Source: Dendrobates tinctorius (taxonomy: Eukaryota). Taken from it: DNA of 64,000 nucleotides. This document shows, piece after piece, positions 11,681 through 23,871 of this stretch. The number at the start of each line of letters is the position of its first letter. Position 1 is the stretch's first letter. The notes under the pieces were generated by a model. It was not told the DNA's origin and made no database searches. It saw only the letters and a list, made by a program, of their open reading frames with translations. The stretch covers positions 7,440,001 to 7,504,000 of the forward strand of contig NW_027361737.1 in NCBI RefSeq assembly GCF_039654945.1, in the 5' to 3' direction. The position numbers were made by a program, and so were the translations under genes.

Positions 11681-14600
11681 GTACCTCCCCCTTGAGGAGG
11701 GGTCACCGAACCCTCATCCACGCCACCAGGGCGATCAGGGTGAGCCCGATGAAAGGCACGCACCAATCTTTTGGCATGAATATCAGAGGCAGAGACCCAG
11801 GAATTATCCTCCTGACCATAACCCTTCCACTTAACCAAATACTGGAGTCTCCGTCTAGCCAGACGGGAATCCAGTATCTTCTCTACCTCATATTCCATGT
11901 TACCTTCAACTAATACAGGGTCCGGAGGTGCCACCCCAGGGATAACTGGTTCAACAAACCTCTTCAACAAGGACATATGAAACACATTATGAATTTTAAA
12001 TGTGACAGGAAGAGCCAAATGAAAAGAGACCGGATTAATAATCTCCAAAATCTTGTAAGGTCCAATAAATCTAGGCTTAAACTTAGGAGAAGCCACCTTC
12101 ATAGCGATATTATTTGATGATAACTAAACCATATCACCAACCTTAAACTGGGGACCAATGGTCCTATGTCAGTTGGAAAACCGCTGGGCCTTTTCCTGGG
12201 AGAGAGATAACTTATCTACCACTTGGTCCCAGATCTGGTGCATTCTCTCCACCACAGTGTCAACACCTGGGCAGGCAGAGGACTCCACCTGCCCTGAAGA
12301 AAATCGAGGATGAAACCCAAAGTTACAAAAAAAGATGACATCAAAGTGGCAGAACTAGCTCTATTATTTAAAGCAAATTCAGCCAAGGGCAAAAATGAAA
12401 CAAACCCAATCATCCTGATCAGCGGAAATAAAACATCTCAAATACGACTCCAAAGTCTGGTTTGTTCTCTCCGTCTGCCCATTGGTCTGAGGGTGAAAAG
12501 CAGAGGAGAAGGACAACCGAATTCCCAGCTTGGAACAGAAAGTCCTCCAAAATCTAGGCACAAACTGATCTCCTCTGTCAGATACAATGTTCTCAGGAAT
12601 CCCGTGCAAGCGAACCACCTGTTGCAAAAACAGGGGCACCAACTCAGAGGAAGATGGCAACTTAGGGAGTGGTACAAGATGAACCATCTTAGAGAACCTA
12701 TCACAAATCATCCAAATAACAGTCATTCTCTGAGAGACAGGCATATCAGAGATGAAATCCATTGAAATATGGGTCCATGGCCTCCTGGGGATCGGCAAAG
12801 GCATCAACAACCCACTAGAGTGAGAACAAGGTTTAGACTGGGAGCAAGTCCCACAGGACTGCACAAAATTCCTGACATCACGAGACAAGGCGGGCCACCA
12901 AAAAAGACCGACTCACCAGATCTCTAGTACCAAAAATACCTGGATGACCAGCCAATGCAGAGCAATGAACTTCAGACATCACTCTCTTCTTCCACTGGTC
13001 AGGAACATACAACTTTCCACTGGGACAGCGCTCAGGTTTGTCCTCCTGGAACTCTTCCAGAGCATGTCTCAAATCGGGCAAGATGGCAGAAAAAACTACC
13101 CCTTCGCCTAAGATGGTAGCAGGCTTGGTCACCACAGGAGAATCAGCAAAGAAGTTCCTAGAGAGGGCGTCTGCCTTGACATTCTTAGTGCCAGGAAGAA
13201 AAGAGACCACAAAATCAAAACGTGTAAAAAACAAGGCCCACCTAGCCTGTCTAGGGTTCAAGCGTTTGGCCGACTCCAGGTAAATCAAATTCTTGTGGTC
13301 AGTGAGGACCACGACTTGGTGTTTAGCTCCCTCCAACCAATGTCTCCACTCCTCAAATGCCCATTTCATGGCTAACAGTTCCCGATTCCCCACATCATAA
13401 TTACGTTCAGATGGAGAGAACTTTCGGGAAAAGAAAGCACAGGGATTCATTTTATATGTTGCAGGATCCTTTTGGGACAAAACAGCTCCTGCATCAACCT
13501 CAGAAGCGTCCACCTCTACCTGGAACGGGAGTGAAACATCAGGTTGCCGCAAAACCGGGGCAGAAGTGAATCTTCACTTCAGCTCCTGAAAGGAAGAAAC
13601 AGCCTCCGGAGACCAATTCAACACATCAGCACCCTTCCTAGTCAGATCAGTCAATGGCTTGGCAATACTAGAAAATTTTGCTATAAATTTCCGATAAAAA
13701 TTAGCAAAACCCAAAAACTTCTGGAGGGCCTTAAAAGAAGTGGGCTGAACCCAATCATAAATGGCCTGTACCTTGGCCGGGTCCATTTCAATAGTTGACG
13801 GAGACAAAATAAATCCCAAAAATGAAATCCTCTGTACCCCAAAAAGGCATTTCGATCCTTTGACATACAGGGAATTCTCCCTCAAGATCCAGAACACAGT
13901 CCGAAAATGTTCCACATGAGAATCCCAATCCTTGGAGAAGATCAAAATATCATCCAGATAGATAATCAAAAATTTATCCACAAAGTCTCGGAAAATGTCG
14001 TTCATGAAGCACTGGAAGACAGAAGGGGCATTAGTGAGCCCAAAAGGCATCACCAGGTACTCAAAATGTCCCTCCGGAGTATTAAACGCCATCTTCCATT
14101 CATCCCCATGCTTAATGCGGACAAGATTATACGCCCCCCTGAGGTCAAGCTTGGTAAACCAGCAAGCACCTTTAACTCTGGAAAATAGATCCGAAATCAG
14201 GGGTAACGGATACTGATATTTAATAGTAATTTTGTTGAGGGCACAATAATCAATACAAGGCCTTAATGAACCATCCTTTTTGGCCACGAAAAAAAAAACA
14301 GCACCTAAGGGTGAAGAGGATGGTCTAATATGACCCTTCTCCAATGCCTCTTTAATATAGGATCGCATAGCCTCGTGCTCGGGTACAGATAAATTGAAGA
14401 GCCGACCCTTGGGAAATTTACACCCCGGGCTCAGTTCAATTGCACAGTCATAACTCCTATGAGGAGGCAAAGACGCAGACTCATTCTCACTAAATACATC
14501 ATAAAAGTCCGCCAAATAGTCAGGAACATCATGCGACTGAGGAGAGGTGGAAAAAACCGGAGCCTCACTAAGGGCACACCGACAACCCCAACTCACCACA

Positions 14601-15738
14601 GACACAGACTTCCAATCCAAAACTGGATTATGAATTTGCAACCAGGGAAACCCCAGAACAATGGTATCATGCAAATTATGCAACACCAAAAATCTGCAAT
14701 TTTCTTGATGGTCTGGGGCGACCCGCATTACCACCTGGGTCCAAAACTGAGGTTTATTTTTCGCCAAAGGAGTAGCATCAATCCCCCTCAAAGGGATAGG
14801 CGTCCACAGAGGTGTCATCGGAAATCCACAACGTTTAGCAAAATCCAAGTCCATTAGGTTCAGGGCTGCTCCCGAATCCACATAAGCCTTGGCGGAAAAT
14901 GTGGACAGGGAGCAAATCAGAGTAATTGCCAGAAGAAACTTAGGTTGAACACCACCCACAGAAAATGTGTGTGCAAAACGTTTCTCTCGTTTAGGACAGA
15001 CAGAAATAATAAGCGAGGCATCTCCACAAAAAGAAACAGCTTATTACGCCTTCTGAACTCCTGACGTTGCTCCCTGGACAAAACTCTATCACATTGCATA
15101 GGTTCAGACACTGGTTCAACAGGTGGTAACACCTCTCGTGCAGTCCTGCGTTCACGTAAACGCCGATCAACCTGAATGGCTAATGACATAGAATCGTCAA
15201 GACCAGAGGGAACAGGAAATCCCACCATAGTATCTTTTACGGCTTCTGACAAACCCTTCCGAAAGAGAGCAGCCAAGGCATTATCATTCCAAGTAGTAAG
15301 GACCGCCCACTTTTGGAATTTTTCACAGTACAATTCTGCAGAATCTCGACCCTGGCTCAATGCCAACAGGGTCATTTCAGCCTGATCAATAGCATTAGGT
15401 TCGTCATACAACAACCCCAAGGCTTGAAAAAATGCGTTCACATTAGTCAGAATAGGATCATCTGGTTTCAAAGAAAACGCCCAATCCTGGGGATCGCCAC
15501 GCAGCAAAGAGATGACAATTTTAACCTGCTGCGCGGAGCTCCCTGACGAGTTAGGCTTCAAGTCAAAAAATAATTTACAATTATTTTTGAAATTCAAAAA
15601 TTAAGACCGATCCCCAAAAAACACATCAGGAGTAGGGATCTTTGGTTCAGCAGCATGTGAATGAGCAAGGTAGGCGGAAATTCCCCACACTTCCACAGTG
15701 AGCTGCGCCACACGATCATACAATTGCTTTATCTCCAT
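11566..15738 (-). pseudogene. Gypsy gag-pol with C-terminal chromodomain; several stops and frameshifts
   Basis: ORF pieces: 14917-15597 (gag), 13574-14959 (PR/RT), 12878-13552 (RH), 12379-12888 (IN core), 11566-12102 (GPY/F plus EYEVEKILDSR..YLVKWKGY..NSW chromodomain). Confidence 0.93.
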
Positions 15739-15850
15739 TGAGAGAAAAAAATTCCCCCTACGGCCTCAGAGATATAGAGGAAAAAATATACACACTTTTT
15801 TTTTTTTTTACAATTCTTTCCTGCTATTGAGTACCCTAGGATCTGCGGTA

Positions 15851-15862
15851 TGGCGGGTGATT
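15851..15862 (-). promoter_or_regulatory. Self-priming primer binding site, Gypsy copy 2
   Basis: 11/12 inverted complement of LTR 16489-16500, which lies 26 nt downstream of minus-strand TATAA (16526-16522). Confidence 0.72.
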
Positions 15863-15863
15863 C

Positions 15864-16660
15864 TGTTCTGAATGATTCACCGTAGGAGGCAAAAACAGAA
15901 ATACTAGCTAAGTCCAGAAAACCAGAGAAGTTGGCAGCTATCAGATTGCAGACCCCTGAACCTAACAACAACAACTAGCAGTAGCCGTGGGGGGTTCCTA
16001 CGGTGCCCTAGACCCCTCGATCACAGCCGGAGAACTACATAGCCTAAAGACAGAAAGGGAAATCTAAACTGCCTCAGAGCAGACCCCAAAGCAATAGGCA
16101 GCCCCCAACATATAATGACGGTGAAGCAAGATGAAAAAACTCTCACACAGATAGAAAGATAGGCTGAGCAAACGATGGGGCCCAAGCTAACTAAATAGGA
16201 CAGGATAGAAAAGCTGCTGTCTGCAATCCGCCAAAACCCTCTCAAAACAAGAGCCAACAGACTGATAGGGAAAAAAGCCCTGAAGACGCTAGGCTTCAAA
16301 AAGACTATATCAGTACTCAGGTATCTTCTGAAGACAGAGCAAAAAGGAATTCAGCTCACCCAGCAGGGAAAGGCAGAAATCCAGAAAAACAAGGCAAAAC
16401 AAAACCAAAGCACAAATGCAAAAGCAGAGCAGAAAACTTAGCTTTTGAGGAGCAGGAATCAGACTGGTCTCCAAGAATCCCTCAGAGAAATCACCCGCAA
16501 GGCAGAAGGGCGTCAGCTGCCTTATATCCAGTTAGCAATTCCAGTCACCCAGTCATCATCATTCTGCTCAGGTGCTTTGTAATCAGCCTCACTACCTTCC
16601 TTCACCAGAAGAGGGAGTTCATCAGACCTCAATGGTGAAGGGGAAAATGAACTCACAACA
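15864..16660 (-). repeat. 5' LTR of Gypsy copy 2
   Basis: Direct repeat of 10886-11680. Confidence 0.95.
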
Positions 16661-16709
16661 GGTCTTGCTTGAAGCCGGTCCCTGGTGCAAAAAAGGTTGG
16701 GGACCACTA
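16661..16709 (+). mobile_element. Right end of a MER1/Charlie-like hAT MITE split by Gypsy copy 2 (left part about 10560-10885)
   Basis: Removing the LTR element restores CCATGGAAGAATGGTCTTGCTTGAAGCCGGTCCCTGGTGCAAAAAAGGTTGGGGACCACT, which resembles the Charlie/MER1 terminus. Confidence 0.65.
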
Positions 16710-17039
16710 GTGTAGGGGATCTGGGGCCCCGGCAGAAAAAAATGTACACTATGATTTCGCAGCCTATGCTGCATTTCTGTGCCTGCTGTGCAGAGCGAAG
16801 CACATATTGGGCCCGCCTCCCTGCCTGCAGCCAGTCACAGAGTGTATTGCTTCAGACTAGTTCAGTCCCGCCCCTTCCCTGAGCCCTCGCTGTCTATTAG
16901 CTCTCTCAGAGCTGCCTGCCACATGGAGACTCTGGGAAATGTAGTTCCTGGAGGGGTGTGTCTTTGAGGGGGTGTGTCTTTGAGGGGGCCCCGTTTAAAA
17001 GTTTGCTATGGGGCCCAATCAGTTCTAGTTACGCCCCTG

Positions 17040-17268
17040 ATTGAAGTCGATGCATTAGCTGCCATCATCCGACAACGGCTTCAATTTGTTCGTCCCGCAG
17101 CAGTGGAGTACGGCGAGCTCCTACAAAGCTGCACATAAAGGACTGTTCCCTGGTAAAACTGGGGGATACTGAGTCACTGGTGCTCGCAGCAGGCACAGAA
17201 TCCCCACGTCCTCTCCTTGCAGAAACTCCACGCCCACGACCACGTGCCTTACTCCCTGCCTTCTTTAT
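17040..17268 (-). pseudogene. hAT transposase copy A, N-terminal part (start codon mutated ATG>ATA)
   Basis: Homologous to 20324-about 20600. Confidence 0.85.
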
Positions 17269-18939
17269 CTTGGTAGACTGATAAAGATAGGCAGAAAAGT
17301 ACTAAGGGTTTAGTATGCTTATTCCTGAACAGCTGCTAACAGGTATAAGAAGCACTAATTTTATAAAGTGTGGACTAGACTTTAATAGCTAATGTGGCCT
17401 ACACAACTGTAAAGTGGAGTGTTTGGTGAACTTTATTAACTTTTTTTCACAAAAAGACACTGGATGTGCCCAAAGATGTAAAACCGATAGTATCACAAAC
17501 TTTTTGTAGCTATTACAATGCAGGAAGGTAACCTACAATGCAATAGATGAGGCTCCAAAAAATAGGCTAATATTAATCTGGCTGGGGTTGCAGGGCACAA
17601 GCCAGCAGCAAGGCTCCTCTATCTACTCCTATATAGTGTTTGCAAATATTCTAGCTGGATACGGATGGAACCACACTAATAGGAGAAAATCTGGAAAAAT
17701 GAGCAGCACTAATGCAAAAAAGTACAATGTATGAGGCAGTGACGCACGCTGAGCGGACTACAACCAGAGGTGGCTGCAAAACACACTACAGCGTGAGCTG
17801 CACTCACATGCATAGACCTCGCAGACAGCCGTGAACAGTGCTGCAAGGCTGCAGAAAAGCTCCTCTATCTACTCCTATATAGTGTTTTCAAGCAATCTAG
17901 CTGGATACAGATGGAGCCACACTAATAGGAGAAATCAGGAAAAATGAGCTGCACTAATACAAAAAAGGGCAATGTATGAGGCAGTGACGCACGCTGAGCG
18001 GACTACAACCGGAGGTGGCTGCAGAACACATTACAGCGTGAGCTGCACTCACACACAGAGACGTTGCAGACAGCCATGAACAGCGCTGCAAGGCAAAAGA
18101 AAGCTTCTCACACAGCGGTTTCTAAAGTAGCCTGGGTAAAGCACAATAAAGCAATCGCTAGCTCAAACTGTCCCTCGAAGTCAGAACAGCAGTGTCCTGT
18201 CCCTAAGTAAATTCACAGCAGCAGGAACCAAAAATGGCGGCTTTTATAGTGCATCATGACATCATTTCAGCAGCCAATCACAGCCATGCCATTAGTTAAC
18301 ATGCCTAACATGCACAACAGGATGTGCCCACACTTCTTAGGATTCCTCATTGGCTGAATAAAATCAAACTGGCTCATTGCATTATAGGAACTTCTGATTC
18401 CGGTATTCGATATTCTAAAAGTATCGGAACTCCAATTCTGCGAATATTGGCCGATACCCGATATTGCAGTATTGGAATGCTCAACACTAGTGCTGAATAC
18501 TGGACACTACCAGGAAATCAAGTCCTCTGTCCCCATGTAAGTCCTTCCATTCTGGGCTGGTCTAAACTATTAACTCAGTTTATCCCTAGTAATTACCTGT
18601 TGCTGTTCAAAATACAACTTCATCACATGACAATGCAAATTACTAAACATGCAATACTGTAAATGTGCAAAACAGCAAAATCATAATTCAGCACAGATTC
18701 CTCAAGTGATGTGCACAGCAACTCTACTTCTTTACACCTGCATAGGGGAAACCTGTTGAAAGACAATTGGTACGAGTCATGTAATTACTAGTGTTGAGCA
18801 TTCCGATACCGCAAGTATCGGGTATCGGCCGATATTAGCGGTATCGGAATTCCGATACTGACTTCCGATACTTTTGTCATATCGGATTCCGGAATCGGAA
18901 TCGGAAGTTCCCATCATGCTATGAGCCTGCTTGCTTTGA

Positions 18940-19080
18940 TTAAGCCAATGGGAATCCTCCGAAGTGTGGGCACATCCTGTTAGGCATGTAGGCATGTTAA
19001 CTATTGGCATGGCTGTGATTGGCTGCCGAAATGATGTCATGATGCACTATAAAAGCCACCGCAGCCGCCATTTCTGGTCA
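18940..19080 (+). promoter_or_regulatory. Putative Pol II promoter of hAT-B (CCAAT boxes, CRE-like TGATGTCA, TATAAAAG 19048-19055, YY1-like GCCGCCATTT)
   Basis: The motif cluster is conserved in copy A on the minus strand (about 18230-18355). Confidence 0.6.
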
Positions 19081-19219
19081 CTCTGCTGTGAATTCAGTTA
19101 GGGACAGGCTGCTGTAGAAGACTGTGAGGGACAGTTAGAAATAGCGATTCCACCAAACATCTAGTGCTTTACCCAGGCTACATAAACCACCACTGTAGCC
19201 TTCTTTGCCCTAGCAGCAG

Positions 19220-19970
19220 TGTTCACAGCTGTCTGCAAGGGCTGTGTGAGTGCAGCTCACGCTGTGGAGTGGGTCCTGCAGCCACGTCAGGCTGTAGGCC
19301 ACCCAGTGTGATCACTGCTGCCTCATACATCTTTTATTTTTTGAGCTGCATTTTTTACATAATTTCAATCTAGTGTGCTTCCATCCGTATCCATATACGT
19401 TGGTTGCAAACACTAGTAGTAGACAGCGGAGCCTTTCTGCAGCCTTTCAGTGCTAGTGTCCACTTTGCTGCACTGTTCACGGCTGTCAGAGAGGTCTCTG
19501 ACTGTGTGTGAGTGCAGCTCACGCTGAGTAGTGTGTCCTGCAGCTACGTCTGGCTGTAGGACGCTCAGCGTGCGTCAGTGCCTCACACATATTTTTATTT
19601 GAGTGCAGCTCATTTTTTCTTCTATTAGTGTGCATCCATCAGTCTCCATCTACGGTGGTTGCAAACACTATATAGGAGTACACAGCGGAGCCTTTCTGCA
19701 GCCTGTCAGTGCCAGTGCCCACTTAGCTGCACTGTTGACGGCTGTCTGAGAGGTCTCTGACTGTGTGTGAGTGCAGCTCACGCTGAGTAGAGTGTCCTGC
19801 AGCTACGTCTGGTTGTAGGACGCTCAACGTGCGTCACTGCCTCACACATATTTGTCTTTGAGTGCAGCTCATTTTTTCTTCTCCTATTAGTGTGCATCCA
19901 TCCGTATTCATCAACATTGGTTGGTTGCAAACACTATATAGGAGTAGATAGAGGAGCCTTTTTTTCTGGC
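19220..19970 (+). repeat. About 260-bp tandem repeat x3 in the hAT-B 5' region (about 245 bp x2 in copy A, 17620-18090)
   Basis: TGAGTGCAGCTCACGCTG at about 19247, 19509 and 19768. Confidence 0.8.
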
Positions 19971-20323
19971 TTGTGCCCTGCCGGCGCAGCCAGATTAGTA
20001 TTACCCAATTTTTTTGGACCTCATCTTTTGCATTGTAGGTTACCTGCCTGCATTGTAATAGCTCCAAAAAGTTGGTGATACTATCAGTTTCAATTCTTTG
20101 TTCACATACTTTGAGTTTGTTTCCAACAAAGAAACCACAAAAAAAGTTCACCAAACACTACATTTGGAACTTGTGTAGGCCACATCAGCTCCTATTAAAG
20201 TGTAGTCCACACACACACACTTCATAAAATTAGTGTTTCTTGTACCTGTAACCAGCTGTTCAGGAATAAGCACACTAAGGCCCCCCTTTGTACTTTTCTG
20301 CCTATCTTAAGCAGTCTGGCAAG

Positions 20324-23300
20324 ATGAAGAAGGCAGGGAGTAAGGCGCGTGAGCGTGGGCGTGGAGTTTCAGCAGGGAGAGGACGTGGGGATTCTGCAGG
20401 GAGAGGACGTGGGGATTCTGCAGGTAGAGGACGTGGGGATTCTGGGCCTGCTGCGGGCACCAGTGGATCAGCATCCCCCAGTTTTAGCAGGCAACAGTCC
20501 TTTATGTGCAGCTTTGTAGGACCTCAACGTACCCCACTGCTGCGGGAGAAACAAATTGAAGCCGTTGTCGGATGGATGGCAGCTAACGCATCAACTTCAA
20601 TTACTTCCGCATCCTCTCAGGATCAGAGCACCGAAGAGCAACCATCTGTCTCTTCACCACCTGCCAAAGTGCCCAGGCAGTCAGAGAGACATGGACAGGA
20701 GCCATCACAGTCTCTACTTCTGTTCTCGGAATCTGTTGGCTTGGAAAGAGGGGGCCAGCCAAGCAGCATTCCTGAATGTGAAGAAGAGGGAGTATGCAGT
20801 GATGCGCAACTTCTTTGTCCCTCTGAATCTGAAGAGGCGAATGGGCCAGTGCCTATGGTCAGCACACCTCAGTACGCATCAGATGATGACGAGACTCAGT
20901 TGCCACTTTCTGGTGCGTACGGTGCTGGCGAGACAACCCCGGAGAAGCAGCTGTTTGAAGAGGGGAGGGAAGATGATGAGGTCCTTGACCCATCATGGCG
21001 TGAGGAACAGGAAGGTGGTGGGAGCAGCTCGGAGGAAGAGATTCCCCTACCGGCCAAAACAGGAGGCAGAGGGAGGGGGAAGACTTGGTTGCCTGTACCC
21101 TCCACTTCGGCACCCGTTAGGAGCATTCCTCATTCCAAAGGCAAACCGGGCGCTCCCAAGAGTTGCAGTGCGTGGTCCTTTTTTGACACAGTTGCAGATG
21201 ACATTTGCTTTGTCAAATGCAAGCTGTGTCATCAGATAGTCAAAAGAGGGAGAAATGTCAGCAACCTCAATACCACAAATATGTGGAAACATGTGCGCAC
21301 CAAGCACGAGTTGGAGTTGCAGAGACACCCTGAAGACGTAGGCCAACGTACAGCACCACCTACCACCTCTTCAGTTCGTGTTGGGGCCTCTTCCTCCAGC
21401 TCACACACTGCTGGTTCGGCTTCCTCACAGGATCGCCAAGGAAGAACCTCTGCCACTGTTGTCCGGAGACCCTGTCAGACTCCACCCATAGCAGCACGTT
21501 CCCATCCATCACAGCCATCGGTAGCACAGGCATGGGATAAAAGGCGCCCTTACTCGGCAAACCATCCCCGAGCACAGTCTCTGAATGCTGGCATTGCCAA
21601 ACTTCTGGCAGTTGAAATGCTGTCATTCAGGCTGGTGGACACTGACACCTTCCGGGACTTAATGGCATTGGCAGTCCCCCAATACAACGTGCCCAGCCGC
21701 TTTTATTTCAGCAGGCAAGCCGTCCCTGCCCTGCAGAAACATGTTGAGGGCAAAATAAAACATGCGCTACTAAACGCCGTTAGTAGCAAGGTCCACCTGA
21801 CCACTGATGCGTGGACCAGTAACCATGGACAGGGACGATACCTTTCCCTCACTGCCCACTGGGTCAATGTTGTGGAGCCGGGTACAGATCTGGAGAGTGG
21901 CGCTGTACGTGTTCTTCCAACGCCACGGATTGCAGGACTCCAGTCTGTACACATAGACTCCTCCTCCTACTCAAGTTCCTCAGAAACAGCAGAGCAGGAG
22001 CCTGTTACGACCGAGATGAGCACAGCCGTGGCCAAACGTCAACAGGCTGTACTCAAATTAATTTCTTTGGGGAATCGAAGCCACACAGCGCAGGAGCTCT
22101 GGAATGCTATCAAGCTGGAGAGCGATGTGTGGTTTGGGCCAGGGAATCTCCAGCCGGGCTTGGTAGTGTGTGACAATGGCCGAAATCTGGTGGCAGCTCT
22201 TGGCCTAGGCAACCTCACACACATCCCATGTCTGGCACATGTGCTTAACTTGGTCGTGCAGAGCTTTCTGAGGGACTATCCGGATCTTGATGCACTGTTG
22301 CACAAGGTCCGCATAGAGTGCGCTCACTTGCGACGTTCCAGCACGGCAAGATCGCGCCTCGCTGCTCTGCAGCGACAATTTGGCCTTCCGGAACATCGCA
22401 TCATATGTGACCTACCCACCCGGTGGAATTCAACGTTACATATGTTGGAGCGGTTGTGTGAGCAGCAGGCAGCAGTCATGGAGTACCAGCTGCATCAGGC
22501 GCAAACAAGTCGCACTGTGCGCCGTTCACACTTCAGCACCATTGAGTGGGCCTCTATGAAGGACATCTGCCTCGTTTTGCGTGCCTTCGATGAATCCACG
22601 CGGATGGCGAGTGCAGATGATGCACTAGTCAGCATGACTGTCCCCCTTATCTACCTGCTTCAACAAACACTGCAAGCACTAAGGGATGAGGTTTCGGAAG
22701 AGGTGGAGGATGAGGAGTCCCAAATGCCATCTGCTTCTGGACAGTCTGCGCTACGTGTTTCCTCACAAAGGCATAGGCAGGGGACACTTTGTGAGGAGGA
22801 TGAGGAGGAGTCGATGGAGGAGGAAGACATCTCTCCAGAGGAGGGAGGTACAAAAACCTCTACTCAGTATGTACAGCGAGGGTGGGGTGATGCAGAGCAG
22901 GCCGAGGTCACGCCTCAAACAGGGGACAGCGGTTCTTTGGCAGTTGGGAGTCTGCAGCACATGGTTGATTTCATGCTGCAGTGCCTGAGAAACGACCGCC
23001 GCATCGCCCACATTCTCGTCTCGGCTGATTATTGGGTGTACACCCTCCTAGATCCTCGCTACCGGGACAGCGTACAAAGGCTCATACCAACGTTGAACCG
23101 GGAGCGTAAACTGCGGGAGTACGAAGAGTCACTGGTGCAGTCCATAATGTTTTCCATTCCACCCGACAGCATTGTTGCTAGTGCTTTACAAAGCAGCTCT
23201 GTGCGTCGAGGCAGTGGAGGAAACTCTGCACAAAGAGGGAGCAGAGGCAGTGCCGCAGCACAAGGCAAGACCACTATGGCCCAAATGTGGCAAAGTTTTG

Positions 23301-23659
23301 TGTGTCCACCACAATTGTCTACACCATCAGCGACGCCTCGAGTCAGCAGGAGGCAACGCTTCCGTCAGATGGTGTCAGACTACATGTCTTGCCCTGTCGC
23401 TGTACTCCCAGATGGCTCTTCCCCCTTCAAGTTTTGGGTCTCTAAGCTGGATACATGGCCAGAGCTTAGCCAGTATGCATTGGAGGTGCTGGCTTGCCCT
23501 GCTGCCAGTGTATTATCGGAACGTGTCTTTAGTGCCGCAGGTGGTGTACTAACAGACCGTCGCACGCGACTATCTTCCGATAATGTTGACCGGCTGACTT
23601 TTCTGAAAATGAACAAGGCCTGGATCTCCAAAGACTTTGCCATTCCTCTTACAGACTAA
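20324..23659 (+). CDS. Intact hAT transposase (1111 aa): BED zinc finger, DDE core, C-terminal hATC dimerisation domain
   Basis: WSFF..CKLC..TTNMWKHVRTKH (BED), LTTDAWT, VCDNGRN, CLAH, TRWNST and SERVFS. Preceded by a pyrimidine tract plus CAG (ending 20314) that is conserved in copy A and is a probable splice acceptor. Confidence 0.95.
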   Translation: MKKAGSKARERGRGVSAGRGRGDSAGRGRGDSAGRGRGDSGPAAGTSGSASPSFSRQQSFMCSFVGPQRTPLLREKQIEAVVGWMAANASTSITSASSQDQSTEEQPSVSSPPAKVPRQSERHGQEPSQSLLLFSESVGLERGGQPSSIPECEEEGVCSDAQLLCPSESEEANGPVPMVSTPQYASDDDETQLPLSGAYGAGETTPEKQLFEEGREDDEVLDPSWREEQEGGGSSSEEEIPLPAKTGGRGRGKTWLPVPSTSAPVRSIPHSKGKPGAPKSCSAWSFFDTVADDICFVKCKLCHQIVKRGRNVSNLNTTNMWKHVRTKHELELQRHPEDVGQRTAPPTTSSVRVGASSSSSHTAGSASSQDRQGRTSATVVRRPCQTPPIAARSHPSQPSVAQAWDKRRPYSANHPRAQSLNAGIAKLLAVEMLSFRLVDTDTFRDLMALAVPQYNVPSRFYFSRQAVPALQKHVEGKIKHALLNAVSSKVHLTTDAWTSNHGQGRYLSLTAHWVNVVEPGTDLESGAVRVLPTPRIAGLQSVHIDSSSYSSSSETAEQEPVTTEMSTAVAKRQQAVLKLISLGNRSHTAQELWNAIKLESDVWFGPGNLQPGLVVCDNGRNLVAALGLGNLTHIPCLAHVLNLVVQSFLRDYPDLDALLHKVRIECAHLRRSSTARSRLAALQRQFGLPEHRIICDLPTRWNSTLHMLERLCEQQAAVMEYQLHQAQTSRTVRRSHFSTIEWASMKDICLVLRAFDESTRMASADDALVSMTVPLIYLLQQTLQALRDEVSEEVEDEESQMPSASGQSALRVSSQRHRQGTLCEEDEEESMEEEDISPEEGGTKTSTQYVQRGWGDAEQAEVTPQTGDSGSLAVGSLQHMVDFMLQCLRNDRRIAHILVSADYWVYTLLDPRYRDSVQRLIPTLNRERKLREYEESLVQSIMFSIPPDSIVASALQSSSVRRGSGGNSAQRGSRGSAAAQGKTTMAQMWQSFVCPPQLSTPSATPRVSRRQRFRQMVSDYMSCPVAVLPDGSSPFKFWVSKLDTWPELSQYALEVLACPAASVLSERVFSAAGGVLTDRRTRLSSDNVDRLTFLKMNKAWISKDFAIPLTD

Positions 23660-23871
23660 ATTAGTGGTTGGCAACTGTATCCAGGTCTGCTGGTATGTTC
23701 ATTTTTCTACCACCTGAACTATAATCCCTGTGCTTCAACACAGCCAGTTGTCGCTCAGATGTGTTGTCTGCACAGAGAAACACACTAGCTCCTGTGTTAG
23801 TGGGGTTCAGTAACGCCAGCTGATCCCCTGCTGTGTGGACGGCAAAGTCACCAGCTCCATCAACATTCAAA

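Larger units (their letters stand above)
10886..16660 (-). mobile_element. Full-length Gypsy chromovirus-like LTR retrotransposon copy 2 (Tf1/sushi group), coding region disrupted
   Basis: LTRs 10886-11680 and 15864-16660 (about 17 differences by eye). PPT AAGGGGGAGG adjacent to 11681. gag-PR-RT-RH-IN-chromodomain. Flanking duplication GGTCTT. Confidence 0.97.
9900..17039. mobile_element. hAT-type non-autonomous element inserted in transposase A (hosts further insertions)
   Basis: TIR CAGGGGCGTAACTA / TAGTTACGCCCCTG. Perfect 8-bp TSD ATTGAAGT (9892-9899, 17040-17047). Confidence 0.92.
5911..18489 (-). mobile_element. hAT transposon copy A (decayed, multiply interrupted); same family as 18789-29799
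   Basis: 5' TIR ...GGAATGCTCAACACTA ends at 18489. Promoter, 5' repeats, transposase and 3' repeats are all homologous to copy B in inverted orientation. The 3' end lies beyond the Gypsy 1 insertion. Confidence 0.9.

Noticed and set aside
20288-23659. Domesticated ZBED host gene
   Set aside because: The ORF sits between TIRs with an 8-bp TSD and has a decayed paralog next door, so it is a transposon. The TTG start at 20288 lies in a probable intron; the ATG is at 20324.
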